DNA of 64,000 bases, taken from positions 62,001-126,000 of the forward strand of contig MU008209.1 in assembly GCA_010909165.1 (NCBI GenBank). Reading direction: 5' to 3'. This document shows positions 36,201 to 49,020 of the stretch, in pieces. Origin of the DNA: Anthoceros angustus. Lineage: Eukaryota; Plantae; Anthocerotophyta. The position numbers were made by a program, and so were the translations under genes. Position 1 is the first letter of the stretch; each line of letters begins with the position of its first letter. The notes beneath the pieces were generated by a model, which was not told where the DNA came from, searched no databases, and saw only the letters and a program-made list of their open reading frames with translations.

Positions 36201-39200
36201 ATAAGCAGCCAGGTGGTGGCCTCATTCTCTGCCTGATGCATGACAAGGTTGGTCCTGCTACTTCTGAGGCAGCTCGTGGGGGCCTCGTCATGTGCCTACG
36301 GTCTCGTTGTTCTCGATTTCCTCACTCTCAGGACGCTTGCACTAGCAAAGGCAGCCGGTGTGAGGGCCTCGTCATGTGCCTAATGTCTCGTGGTTCTCGA
36401 TTTCCTCGCTCACAGGACGCTTGCACTAGCAAAGGCAGCCGGTGTGAGGGCCTCGTCATGTGCCTTGGCTGGCAACTTGTCCAGCCCCTTCGGTCTAAGT
36501 GGGTTGTAGATTTGGTGTCGATCCGAGGCAAGTTCCATTAGCACTAGTGTGTGTTGAAGATTTGTTGTTGCCTAAACCAATAGAACACTACCAAAAACAA
36601 AACAATCATAGCATCCATATAAGTGAGACCTAGGCAACCTAGGGGACCATGGCCAAGGGTAGGAGAAGCGACCTGAAAATTACGCAAGTAGATTCATATA
36701 CAAAATGGAAACTAGCTATGATGCAGATGTGTTTGAAGGAAAGGTTTGCCTAGCGTGGATCTCAATTGTCCAGCAAACCATATACGATAAGTTGCAACTT
36801 TAGCAAAACAATTAGAATCATGATCACTGGAGTATTGGAACTTCTCCCGATCATTTCATTTCACTATCTAGGATTCGAGCCACATATTCTTGTTGCGGAC
36901 ATACTAACTGAATTTATATTGTGGCAATACAAATTCATACAAACGCGACTTGCTTGCTTTGTACGTATCACGAATTTATTTCTCCATCTTCTCTACTGGG
37001 TTGAGAGGCTCCTGTTGGATCGTTGGATCAAGTGTCTTTGAGATGCAGCAGCTTTGCCTCTACAAGGCCATATATTCACGAATTTAAATCTCCATCTTCT
37101 CTCGGATTGAGAGGCTCTGTTGGATCGTTGGATCAAGTGTCTTTGAGATGCGCAGCTTTGCCTCTACAAGGCCATATATTCTGAGATATTTTACAGTCGA
37201 TTATGAATTGATTTATGATTTATAATTTATAGTAAAATGAGAAAATGATTTTTAAATTCTACTAAAGAAAGATGATCATCACGTCGCTGGACTAAAATAG
37301 GGGATAACTTCATAGGATATTATAAGAACTGTCTGGACTAAAGTTAAAAGTGAACTTTTTGGGTAAAGCTAAAGTACTAAAGTCTTAAGCTTTTGGGACA
37401 TTCATCTCATTGAATGTTTCATACATAGATTCATATTTGATGGCATACTCCTAAAGAATAGGTACACAAGCCTCCTTATAGATTCCGGATGCGCTATCGG
37501 CGAAGTGGATTCTAAAACACCCATTATCACCCCATTCACCCCAAGAGTTCTTAAGATCCACTCGTTGTTATCTATATCGAACCCTACTATTAACACTTGA
37601 TGCTCCATATCATATGGCTCTTTATTATTTAGACCCCACTTGCCGAATAAGCTTTTTGAGCTTTGTGATCGGGGTGATTGTCAAACTCATCTTCCTCACG
37701 GTTGATAGATACCACAACCGGTGTGTATCTCACAAGCTCTTTCATCATAGAGATGCTCAAGTCTCGGAAGTACTTGAAATCAAGCTTATATGTTAAAGCA
37801 TTCGCTGGCCGAAGGACAAGAGGGTGGACAAGTAAATGATGGATTTTGTCATGCAAAGCTTTCTTTGAAAAGACCACAGCGATGGGCGAGGATGATTGTG
37901 ATACATAGTGTGGAGGAGGCACATACAATGAGGAAGCTATGAGAAAATGGAGGCGAGGAAAAGCAGGCTTGGTGTCGTTCGTATGGGACAAGACAAACAT
38001 GAACAATAGCAGGTGGATTTGAGGCATGGAATACGTAGCATGGGTTGGGGTGTCAGGGCGAGAGCACAAAGGAAAGAGTTGCAATGCTGCCAAATGCTAT
38101 GTGAGGAACATTCAAAGAAACATTCGGTAAGGATTGCATCGTCTCCGTTCAAGATCCACAAACACGGTGATGTCCCCTAAGGCCTTGTTGCAGAATGACA
38201 TGGAAGAAACCAGCCATCTCGATTGGAAAAATGCCATTCCTTGCGATCGTTGTTCTCGATCACCACCCGATCTCTTGCGGGCAGCATTCACTAAGCAAGC
38301 ATTCACTAAGGCGAGGCCCTATGGGGAGTTGTTGAGTCTAGTAGGAGTCGGTGTTCGATAAGCAGCGGTGGTGGCCTCATTCTACGATGCATGACAAGGT
38401 TGGTCTGCTACGGCTCGTGGGGGCCTCATCCTCTGATCTCGTTGTTCTCGATTTCCTCACTCTCGGGACGCTTGCACTAGCAAAGGCAGCCGGTGTGAGG
38501 GCCTCGTCATGTGCCTAATGTCTCGTGGTTCTCGATTTCCTCGCTCACAGGACGCTTGCACTAGCAAAGGCAGCCGGTGTGAGGGCCTCGTCATGTGCCT
38601 TGGCTGGCAACTTGTCCAGCCCCTTCGGTCTAAGTGGGTTGTAGATTTGGTGTCGATCCGAGGCAAGTTCCATTAGCACTAGTGTGTGTTGAAGATTTGT
38701 TGTTGCCTAAACCAATAGAACACTACCAAAAACAAAACAATCATAGCATCCATATAAGTGAGACCTAGGCAACCTAGGGGACCATGGCCAAGGGTAGGAG
38801 AAGCGACCTGAAAATTCATAGTAGATTCATATACAAAATGGAAACTAGCTATGATGCAGATGTGTTGAAGGAAAGGTTTGCCTAGCGTGGATCTCAATTG
38901 TCCAGCAAACCATATACGATAAGTTGCAACTTTAGCAAAACAATTAGAATCATGATCACTGGAGTATTGGAACTTCTCCCGATCATTTCATTTCACTATC
39001 TAGGATTCGAGCCACATATTCTTGTTGCAGAGACTGGACATGCTAACTGAATTTATATTGTGGCAATACAAATTCATACAAACGCGACTTGCTTGCTTTG
39101 TACGTATCACGAATTTATTTCTCCATCTTCTCTACTGGGTTGAGAGGCTCCTGTTGGATCGTTGGATCAAGTGTCTTTGAGATGCAGCAGCTTTGCCTCT

Positions 39201-39965
39201 ACAAGGCCATATATTCACGAATTTAAATCTCCATCTTCTCTACTGGATTGAGAGGCTCCTGCTGGATCATTGGATTAAGTGTATGTAAGATGCAGTAGCT
39301 TGGCCTCTATGAGGCCATATATTTACGAGATATTTTCTGAGTCTGATTATGAATTGATTTATGATTTATAATTTATAGTAAAATGAGAAAATGATTTTTA
39401 AATTCTACTAAAGAAAGATGATCATCACGTCGCTGGACTAAAATAGGGGATAACTTCATAGGATATTATAAGAACTGTCTGGACTAAAGTTAAAAGTGAA
39501 CTTTTTGGGTAAAGCTAAAGTACTAAAGTCTTAAGCTTTTGGGACATTCATCTCATTGAATGTTTCATACATAGATTTCATATTTGATGGCATACTCCTA
39601 AAGAATAGGTACACAAGCCTCCTTATAGATTCCAGATGCGCTATCGGCGAAGTGGATTCTAAAACACCCATTATCACCCCACTGTTCACCCCAAGAGTTC
39701 TGTAAGATCCACTCGTTGTTATCTATATCGAACCCTACTATTAACACTTGATGCTCCATATCATATGGCTCTTTATTATTTAGACCCCACTTGCCAGAAT
39801 AAGCTTTTTGAGCTTTGTGATCGGGGTGATTGTCAAACTCATCTTCCTCACAGTTGATAGATACCACAACTGGTGTGTATCTCACAAGCTCTTTCATCAT
39901 AGAGATGCTCAAGTCTCGGAAGTACTTGAAATCAAGCTTATATGTTAAAGCATTGCGCTGGCCGG
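35641..39965. repeat. Tandem duplication of ~2.17 kb (35641-37806 and 37807-39965)
   Basis: Both units begin GGCC(C)GAAGGACAAGAGGGTGG and end ...TTATATGTTAAAGCATT. Differences are mostly small indels. Confidence 0.9.
37390..37806 (-). pseudogene. 3' fragment copy of the papain-like protease
   Basis: NALTYKLDFKYFRDLSISMMKELVRYTPVVVSIN and MEHQVLIVGFDIDNNEWIL, with frameshifts. Confidence 0.85.
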
Positions 39966-40695
39966 CAAGAGGATTTTGGTAACACCAACCTGAATGATAT
40001 GGATAATCTTCTTCTAAAATTACTCCATGTTCCTTGACATACTTCATTACGTCTAGGCTATGTCCACCATATATGCATGGTATGCAAACAAGTTCAGGGA
40101 GGTTCTTGTCGAGAGTTGCCATTTGTTTGTGAGTAGTGGACAAGTTTTTCTCGTTGGAGGTCCTAGGCTGCCAATTGTCAATGTAATCTTGCATTGAAAG
40201 TTGTAATACAGGAGTCCTAAATCTTATAGCGATCCTAGCACTTATGGCAGCTAAGGTTGCAAAGAGGAAGCATGTGTTGCAATCCCCCTGATGACGGACT
40301 GGAGGTAACACGTTCATCTTTCTCCAATCCCAAACATTGTCCCATGGAGTCCTCTCTGGTCGAGGAGTAATGTCATATGTCTGGAAGTTCTGCATTATGA
40401 ACTCATTCCAATCGGAAACATCATCGTAAGAATTCCTCTCCCACTGAGAAGAAGTATTGTCGCATGTATGGAAGGTTTCCACCACCCAATTGCTCCATGG
40501 AGAAACATCATCGCATTGCAAAGGAGTCCATTCCCTCTGAGAAGGAGTGTTGTCATGCATATATTCCATGTTATTGCATTGCCAAGGAGTCCATTCCCCT
40601 TGAGAAGGAGTGTTGTCATGCATATATTCCATGTTATCCCGTTGCCAAGGAGTCCATCTCCCCGTAGAAAAAGTGTTGTCAAGCATATATTCCAT
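39598..40695 (-). CDS. Papain-family (C1A) cysteine protease, intronless, 365 aa, with tandem-repeat N-terminus
   Basis: WDWRK..VLPPVRHQGDCNTCFLF (Gln/Cys), DYPY, EHQVLIVG (His), ILQNSWGEQWGDNG (Asn). Uninterrupted ORF. Confidence 0.85.
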   Translation of the reverse strand: MEYMLDNTFSTGRWTPWQRDNMEYMHDNTPSQGEWTPWQCNNMEYMHDNTPSQREWTPLQCDDVSPWSNWVVETFHTCDNTSSQWERNSYDDVSDWNEFIMQNFQTYDITPRPERTPWDNVWDWRKMNVLPPVRHQGDCNTCFLFATLAAISARIAIRFRTPVLQLSMQDYIDNWQPRTSNEKNLSTTHKQMATLDKNLPELVCIPCIYGGHSLDVMKYVKEHGVILEEDYPYHSGWCYQNPLAGQRNALTYKLDFKYFRDLSISMMKELVRYTPVVVSINCEEDEFDNHPDHKAQKAYSGKWGLNNKEPYDMEHQVLIVGFDIDNNEWILQNSWGEQWGDNGCFRIHFADSASGIYKEACVPIL

Positions 40696-41040
40696 GTTCG
40701 GATAAATATAATATGCAGCCTATGTAGGTATTACTGCTCACATGGACCACAAAAACGTGCTAGATTAAATTGGTGGTCTTTTGCAATATAGTATAAAAAG
40801 ATGTAAAGAACACAAACATATATAGTAGACACTATCAAGTACTCCTTATATTATTTTAAGTATAAGTAAGGCTCTATTAAAAAAGAAACAGAAACTATAA
40901 TGTAAAAAGTGTAGAGAACACGAACATGTATAGTAGAAAAATAGTAATTTGTTCAATAAATGACCCTTATACTATTTAAAGTGTAAGTAGGGCCTTATTA
41001 AAAAAGAGCTGAAAGTACAAAGCGAAGGAAAAGCTTACGG

Positions 41041-41150
41041 AAACCCCAAAGCCCAAGGAATAGCTAATATGGGAACCCCAAAGCCCAAGGAATAGCTAAT
41101 ATGGGGAACCCAAAGCCCAAGGAATAGCTTATGGGAACCCCAAAGCCCAA
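41041..41150. repeat. ~32-nt tandem repeat AACCCCAAAGCCCAAGGAATAGCTAATATGGG, ~3.5 copies
   Basis: Direct repeats visible. Confidence 0.8.
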
Positions 41151-42019
41151 CAGTCGAGTCTATTGATTCCTTATGGGCACAACCGGTGCTATCACATTTG
41201 TCCAGTTGCAAGCAAAATGAGACAATAATAGCTTTCAAAGATGTGGATATATATTGTGGAGCTTCCGCAAGTGGATGCAACATGACTCACCTCGTTTCCT
41301 CACAGCTCATACGATGGACAACTCATCCCCCAGTCAACAATCCAAGAGTTTTGTCACCCTCTACAATTTATATGCTTGTTTGGCTCGAGTGGGAACTTCT
41401 GTAGCATAAGGGGCAAGTGTACATACGTATGATATACCAACCCGTTGCACCAACTTTGTTTCCTCTACTGTAGCATCGGAAGGGCGAGTCCATGCATCAA
41501 ACAACAATTCAGAACAATCTCGATTGTCAAAGGATCGAACTATTGCCGGTATTTTTCTTGTTCCAGCTTTTGATGCAAACCACATCTCAGCATCTTTATT
41601 TACTTCCCCACTATACTTCCTGAGCTCAGCATATGCAAATCCCCATGCAATTCCTGAGCAATTGCCCAAGTACCTTCCCCTACTTCCTAAGGTTGGAACA
41701 ACACTTTTGGTAGCAGCCCCACGAGTAGCGATAATCAGATGAACGAGTAGCGATAATAAGATGAACAGGTCGTCATGGGATGGGGGCCAAGTATGTACCG
41801 TAGAAAGTCGTGACCATGTAGATGATCCTTCTCCTTCTCGTAACTCCTACACAAGGTACTGATATACTAGTACGTTCAGGTTTCTTACCATGGGCATGAC
41901 AAAGTACTCCTAGCGACCCATTCATCAAGAAACCTTGCTAGCGGAAACTGGTTCATAATACTAGCATATCCAAACAATCTGGGGGACTCGTCCTATGGAG
42001 GAAGAGTGGGAACCCCAAG

Positions 42020-44080
42020 AGTCATGTTTTTCTAATGGTCGTTCTTTATTATGTGGATAGATAGATAAATTGATACACAATTATTGAATGAGTTGAAGTC
42101 CACGATTCTCTTAACATGATTGTTAATGTTTGTGAATACAATATGTACACCACAATGACCTTTTCCAAAGTTATTCTGCATGATCTGAAAATCCAGAGAG
42201 AAATTCGTATCACAGGTGAGAATCTCGGGTGGTGGTCGCTGCAACGTAACCATGGGCTTGTTCATCAATCCCTTGGTAAACCTCTCGAGTCCTTGCTGTA
42301 CCGGCATTGTCTTTTTTTTTCTCTGGTTGTTGGGGCAACTTTCAATGACCTTTGCTTGGATGGCCTCTCCTCCATAAGCCTTTGTCAGAGCAATATCCAA
42401 GGGGCCACAAGGAGCTAAGGGGGTCCTTCTTTCGTACTCACGGGCCCAGGGAAATCGTAGCCTAGTTCGCCGAACATGGAGTACCACTGAGGGTATGAAA
42501 TGCTGAATCCATACTATCGGCTTCGGTTTTTGACCACCCTGGAAGATGATAGCTAGTGACGGAAAAGCAGATTGAGGAGGATGGTCTCATGCTCCCAGTT
42601 AGCAACAGCTTAGCCACCATAGTGGATTGCCTTATGATAGAGGCTCGACGCCTTGGAGGTGTTATATTTGATGAGAGCAGTCTTCTTGTGTTGTGCTATT
42701 CATATCAGAGGCTACCCAAGACAAAGTTAAATGGTGCACCGAATGATAATGGTGATTCTGCTTACAAAACGCAAGGACAAGAATCCACGATTAATTCCAC
42801 ATTCCGTCACCATGACGCATTAAGGGAAGCAAAATTAATGCCTCGATGTCTATCAAAAGAATCCCAAAATCAAAAAATTACTTCTACCACTTTTATGGTA
42901 GAAGAAGGCAAAAAAGGCCTTGTTGCAAAGGCTACTTCTACTGCCATTATAGTAGAAGAATGTAAAAAGGGCCTTGCTGCACATGCCACTCCTACCGCCA
43001 TTACAGGAGGAGAAGGCAGAAAAAGCCTTGATGCATAGCATACTTCTATCGCCACCAAAATAGAAAAAGGGAAAAGGGAAAAAGGGCCTTGTTGCACAGG
43101 CGACTTCTACCGCCATTATAGTAGAACAAGGCAAAAAACACCAGGGACATCCAAAGGGGTCCAAACATAGAAAAAAATGCTTGCTAGGGAAGGGGTTCCC
43201 AAGGAACATCCACTACGGTGGATGGGCTATGCATCCTTTTTACATTCTACTACGATAATGGCAGTAGAAGTAGCCTTTGCAGCAAGGCCTTTTTTGCCTT
43301 TTTCTATAGTAGAAGTGGTAAAAGTAATTTTTTGATTTTGGGATTCTTTTGATAGATTTTTTTTCATTTGGTATTTTGAAAATAAATCAGAAAAGACCCT
43401 GGGGAGAAATCTTCAGCAAGGATTCTGATTCCCCTATGTTACACATCTTATCATCCTAATAGGAAGAGACTATACTTTTCCCAAGGTCATCTGAATACGT
43501 GCCTAGATACCATCGCAGGTTATGTGGGACTTGGGAAAAACTCCCTCACCCACTAAAACTCCCCACCTTTACCTTTGCCCAAGAATAAGGGCTGCCATAC
43601 ATTGCTGCGTCGGCTCCAACCCTTTTCATAGATGTCGGGGCATTGATTTTGCTTCCATTAATGCATCATGGTGACGGAATATGGAATTAATCGCCGATTC
43701 TTGTCCTTGCGCTTTGTAAGCAGAAACACCATCATCATTCGGTGCACCGTTTAAGACACTTGTACGTGGTGCAAGTCTCGTTATTGGAGAAGTATTCACC
43801 GGCCTTCGTCTTGGGTAGCCTCTGACATCATGATCATTATGATATACATATTGGATTCACAAAAATTAACAGTCATGTTAAGAAAATCATGGACTTCAAC
43901 TCATTCAATAATTGTGTATCCACTTATCTATCTATCCACATAACAAACAATGACTATTAGACAAATCACAACCATTATTGATAAAAAAAATTAATTCATT
44001 TTCCAAGGCTTTTGTTTGAGCAACATACTTTATTCCAAGACTTTGTAGAAATTTATAAGATAAATTCAAGTTCAATCTGT
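42020..44080. repeat. Rearranged direct and inverted copies of the 20.7-21.5 kb AT-hook repeat
   Basis: NGAPNDNGDSAYK...QESTINST at 42730 and its reverse complement at ~43645-43760; 43260-43345 inverts 42850-42940. Confidence 0.75.
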
Positions 44081-44606
44081 TTCAACCTCATAGGGGACCC
44101 TTTTGTGGTTGCATGCAGCTGGTCATGCAACTGTAAGTTGGGAAATAATTCCCCCAACTGTCACCAACGTTGACGCCTGCCACATGGCACTATCTTCTCC
44201 GTTGAACTCTTTAAGTAACTCTCCTGCCAAATACACTTAGGGCCCCCATTCCCCCGACTGTTACCACCGTTGATGCCTGCCACATGGCACTATCTCCTCG
44301 GTTGAACTCTTTATATAACTCTCCTGCCAAATACACTTAGGGCTCCCACTCTGCTACGTAAACTATGGGTTTCAAATTAATTACTAATTTTCTAAATATA
44401 TACACATATATAACCTAAAAAAATTCTAAAAATACCCCCTACATGTGCAGAGTAGTGGCCTACTTCGTTAGGTCACTCCACCTAGAATCTATGGGACAGG
44501 TACCTACCATACTTGCTAAACTATCTATTCTTGTTGAGAAATTCCCAAATTCCTACCCCTATTCTTAAGTTTCTTGGATGCCTCAAAAAGAAATACTCCT
44601 CACTAC

Positions 44607-45009
44607 CAGGGTGTCATTTTGACTCCGTTCCAAGCTCGGTCCCGGCATGTGTTAAAAAAAACATGGGACCGGAGGTTTTTCAGGAGTCCGGTCCCCACCC
44701 TCGGTCCCCTATTACCTTCGGGGACCGAGGGTTCATAAAAGGTCCGGTTTAAAATTAGTAAATTACTTAATTTTATATCAAGGATTTATATTTACTTATT
44801 TACTATGGACACATGGACCCATCTTAACATGGATGCAGTCTGCCGACTGGGCAGTCTGCAGTCTTTTATATTATTATTTATAAATTATTTATTATATTTA
44901 GTGACCAAGGGTCGCAAAAAGGCACGGTCCCTCCTCGGTCCGGGACCGAGCGTAGCCAGGCTAGGCGGTCCTGGGGACTGAGATAATGCTCGGTCAAAAT
45001 GACACCCTA
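44607..45009. mobile_element. Non-autonomous hAT-type MITE, 403 nt
   Basis: TIRs CAGGGTGTCATTTTGAC / GTCAAAATGACACCCTA. Perfect 8-bp TSD CTCACTAC at 44599-44606 and 45010-45017. Confidence 0.88.
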
Positions 45010-46199
45010 CTCACTACCCACTACTTACTTTCAATCAAGATTGAACCAAAATGAACCAAACTACATCAAAATAATAATAGGGACCTTACCTTTTGCGTCA
45101 CAACCTAGCCCAGATGTCGAGATCTGGCAATAGGTTCAACCACTGCGTGAATTCGAGCAAATACCTCCTGATCACGACCGCGCGAGTTTGAGAATTCAAG
45201 ACCTATGCTTCTGTCGGTAGAGCACCAACCCAACGCCTTGCGTCTTCTTTGAGGGAGTTGGGGTCGATGACGGGAAGCTGCCGATATGCCCAAGCATCCA
45301 CCCACATCTGTCGTATGGTTGCCTCCATTTGGACAAGAAATTGGCGCTGCTCGTCGCCACCGTCGGGTCCTACAGTCATCGCCGACGCGCCTTCCACACA
45401 CCCACACCTGCAAGGCCACCAAATAGAGCTGTTAGCATACGAAACAACAGCACGTGAATGACGCCTAAACTAGTATATACATTTATGAAAAGGGAGGGTG
45501 CCGACCCGGCTATGCTTTGAAGGCGGATCGTGTGCCGCGCAACCGCTTCCATGCTTCTTACGGTGAGACATGCGGTAATGATGTTGCATATGTTTGAGTG
45601 AAGCTGCTTCCCCGGCTGCACTTATATGACAGCAACACATACATGCCTCAAGAAGGCAAACCAAGGGGGAAGCCTTCTTGTTGCAAACTTGCATAGGGAG
45701 CAGGGGCTTCTCATTCAACAAGAGCAGCAACCTTGGAAAGAGGCTGTCCCTTTTTGAGCACCAAGACTTTCAAATGGATGCGTGGTCCGCAGTCGAGCGG
45801 GAACAGAGAGCTATGGAGACTCCGGCCTGCTGGCTGGTGCTGGTTTCCACTGTGCCTAGCTATTTGATCCAAGTACGCCTGTGCAAGCAAACAGCAGCAA
45901 AAAGGCCAGGACAGATATTCGTTCGCAGATTCTACAAGCCAGAACAAGAGATGCTGCCAGAGGGGCAGCTTATTTGCACTTCGGCGGCTGGTCTCCTCTT
46001 CATCGCAACGTAGTCGCACAAAGGAAGCTACCCTAGGTGACACAAGCTGCGACGCCTGGTGAGAAGATGACTCAGATTGCTGAGCAGTCTCATCGATTTT
46101 TTCAAGCCATGACTCCACGTCCCATGGTTGAGAGACGTTTTCCATATCCCCTGTCAAAACATGTTTTTGCTCGTCTTCCAGATAGAAGAGGGGTCTGAA

Positions 46200-47095
46200 G
46201 GAGGTTGTACAGACCGCCGTCTTTGTTCGTGTGATTTGGTGGACTCATCGTTTCGGACACAACCCCTTGCGTGAAGTATGACTGAAAAATTGAGAGACTC
46301 TTTCGAGAAATCCTTCGTCTGGCCATGGACGTCCCGACCGTTGGGCTTCAGGTGTCTCGTGCTCACATGACGGACGCAAGGTTTCTGGTAGTCTCCTGCA
46401 TCTGGCTCGTGTGAAACAATCCAGCCAGGCAGGCGAGGTGTTTCTGATGCCCACCTACGACATCGATCTCTTCTGGCACGCACATCAGCTGAGTCCCGTG
46501 GCATATCAGGCTGACACGACGGAGCTTTTGGGAAGAATCTTCAACAACGATGACACTGACGAAACCAGACCCAAAAGTCGTCGAACTGTGTCGATTCCAG
46601 CCAGGTAGTTAGGACTTGGAAATCTTGCAGGAGTTTTGTGTCCACTCTCGGGAGTTGTGCTGCCCATGACCATGAACCAGGTCCAAAATCTAAAACGGCA
46701 CATGAAAAGCACAGAAATGACAAAGAGTAGGGAACCATTAGCATGGCGAGGAGACACCATGTGGGCTGGTTTTCGGGCTTCTCAAGAAGGACGGCATGCT
46801 CAGCAAGCTCACGGCCTCCAAGCAAATTGGCGCACTGTCTATCTCGTGGAAGGAGCTGCTGGCTTCTCCAACCTTATCATTTGACAAGAGTTTTCCACTT
46901 TTGTCACCTAGACCAGGCGGAGGAGACTTGAAACCTGCTGCTCAGCGTCTTTCAGTCTCTGTGACTCCACCGACGAAAGGGCCATACCATCTTCGAACGG
47001 AAGCTCTGAGGCATGCCACGGATGATGATGGGCTTACTGTCATTTCCGGCCATCCATCATCAGGAATTCCTCAAAAGGGTAGATGGATCCTGTTG
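46200..47095 (+). pseudogene. GRDP: Glycine-rich domain-containing protein (GRDP/DUF1399-like) pseudogene, internally deleted and 3'-truncated
   Basis: QVSRAHMTDARFL, LHLAR..FLMPTYDIDLFWHAHQLSPVAYQADT..LGRIFNNDDTD and LSVSVTPPTKGPY. Confidence 0.72.
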
Positions 47096-49020
47096 TGCAA
47101 TATGCTCATTCCTTTCTCCCACCAGAAATCTATGTACCTGCTTTTTCACCTCCATAGTCGCCACAGCAGGTTTCTTGCTGGCTCCTGCTACCATTCTTTG
47201 TGTTTCAATCCTGTCTACAACGGTCCACATACCTGCATCTGCATAGGCGTTAGCCATGAGCACATATGCTGACGCCCGCTGAGGGTCCAGCCTAGCAATG
47301 CTTTCAAAACACCACATCGCCCTCTCTATATCCCCGTGACTTTTGCAGGCATTCAACAAAGACCTTAAGCCCACAACATTACTTTGGCCTTCACATGACA
47401 ACAGCATCTTCTCAGCCTCATTTAAATGGCCCGCACGCCCAAGAAGGTCAATCATGCAATTGTAATGCTCAATAGTAGGCTCGATGCCATGCTGTTCAGC
47501 CATGGAATCGAAGTGCTTGCGACCCTCCTGGACCAGTCCCTCATGACTGCATGCTGCTAGAAGACAAATAAAAGTAGCACCATCAGGCTGAATGCCATCA
47601 ACTAACATCTCCTCAAAACAAGCTAGTGCATTCTGACCATCGTCACAAGTACCATACCCAGTTATCAGGGCATTCCATGTGACCACATCCTTGGTGTTGA
47701 AGCTGTCAAAAACCTGGCGTGCATCTTCTAGTTCGCCACATTTTGTATACATGTCCACAAGGCAGTCACCCAACACTACGTCATCTAGCAGTCCTCTCTC
47801 AACAATCTGTGAGTGCACTGCTTGCCCTTCTGTAAGGCACCAGTGCTTGCACAGGCCTTCAGAAGGCAAGAAAAGTAATGGTCAGCCAAAATCAGGCCCT
47901 CCTTCTCCATTTGCCCATACAGACCAAGCGCCTCATGTCCAAGACCTTGCTGGGCATACCCAGCAATCAATGCCGTCCAAGTCACCACATTCTTAGTCGC
48001 CATGCTGTAGAATACCTGGCGTGCATCTTCCAGTTCACCACATCTTACATACCCAGCAATCAAAGCATTCCATGTCACCACATCCTTTGTGTTCATGCTG
48101 TCAAAAACATCGCATGCATCTTTCAGTTCGCCACATTTTGCATACATGTCCACCAGGAAGGTACCAACGAACAAATTGAGAGGAATGCCACTGTGCGATA
48201 CATCAAAGTGCACCTTTCTGCCAGACTCCAAGTCAGCGGCAAATGCACAAGCTTGAAGGGCTGCTATGAAGACGTGAGCATCCGCTCACTCCTGACCTAC
48301 GCATCTCATGGTACAGTTGTATGGCCTCACCAGGCTTCCCATGCTTGGAGTATGCAGAGATGATGGAAAACCACATGAAGGCATCTGGTTTGCCCACCCT
48401 GGTGAACACATCCATGGCCTCCTCTAGTCTACCTCCACGTGCATACATGCGCAAGATATGGTTCCCAAGTATGCATCCGACTCGTACCCGAGGTTAATAG
48501 TGAGGTCATGAACTCGTCGCCCTAAAACAAGATCCTTCTTAGCTGTACACAGTTCCAGCAGAGTGTAAACCAGAGACCGAGAAATAGCAGAGTCTGTCAG
48601 AGAATCCAGGGCTCCAACGGCCTCGAAAGCTTCCCATGCTGACATAACGTGCTCACGGTTACAGCAGTGACGACGCCCATTTCCGATTCTTCACGACTGC
48701 CAGGTTCAGGCTCATCCGGAGACCTGGACTCGGAGGAAGAGGTACCATGACCCATCAGCATATCCAAGAACGAGCTGCTCATCAACCCAACCTGGCTTAA
48801 ACCTGTTTACCCACAGCACCTCGGACCCGCCATCGCTGGATACCCGTCTCCACCCACGTATTTCTCGCAAATGGAAATGCTCGGCTCCTTACACTGCTGC
48901 ACCTGGAGGCTTGCTTGTTTGCCGGGAGATGAGCCCCTGAGGTGAGGTGAGCGGAGCTCCTCGTACAACCCCTGTCCACACACCAATTTGTTGGGTCCAC
49001 AGGAGTCCCCGCCGTCGCAT
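47060..49020 (-). pseudogene. PLS-PPR paralogue, frameshifted, truncated just inside DYW:KP, lacking the PDF core
   Basis: ORF 47060-47869 has P2-L2-S2-E1-E2 and KKPAVATMEVKKQVHRF, then diverges. 5' region is collinear with 13157-14200. Confidence 0.85.

Noticed and set aside
41180-42490. Possible OTU-like protease or TE ORF on the minus strand (YLGNCSGIAW...)
   Set aside because: Catalytic context does not match convincingly; cannot be supported without a profile search.
45100-45420. Possible hAT transposase remnant (FARIHAVVEPI) beside the MITE
   Set aside because: A single short motif outside the MITE boundaries is insufficient evidence.
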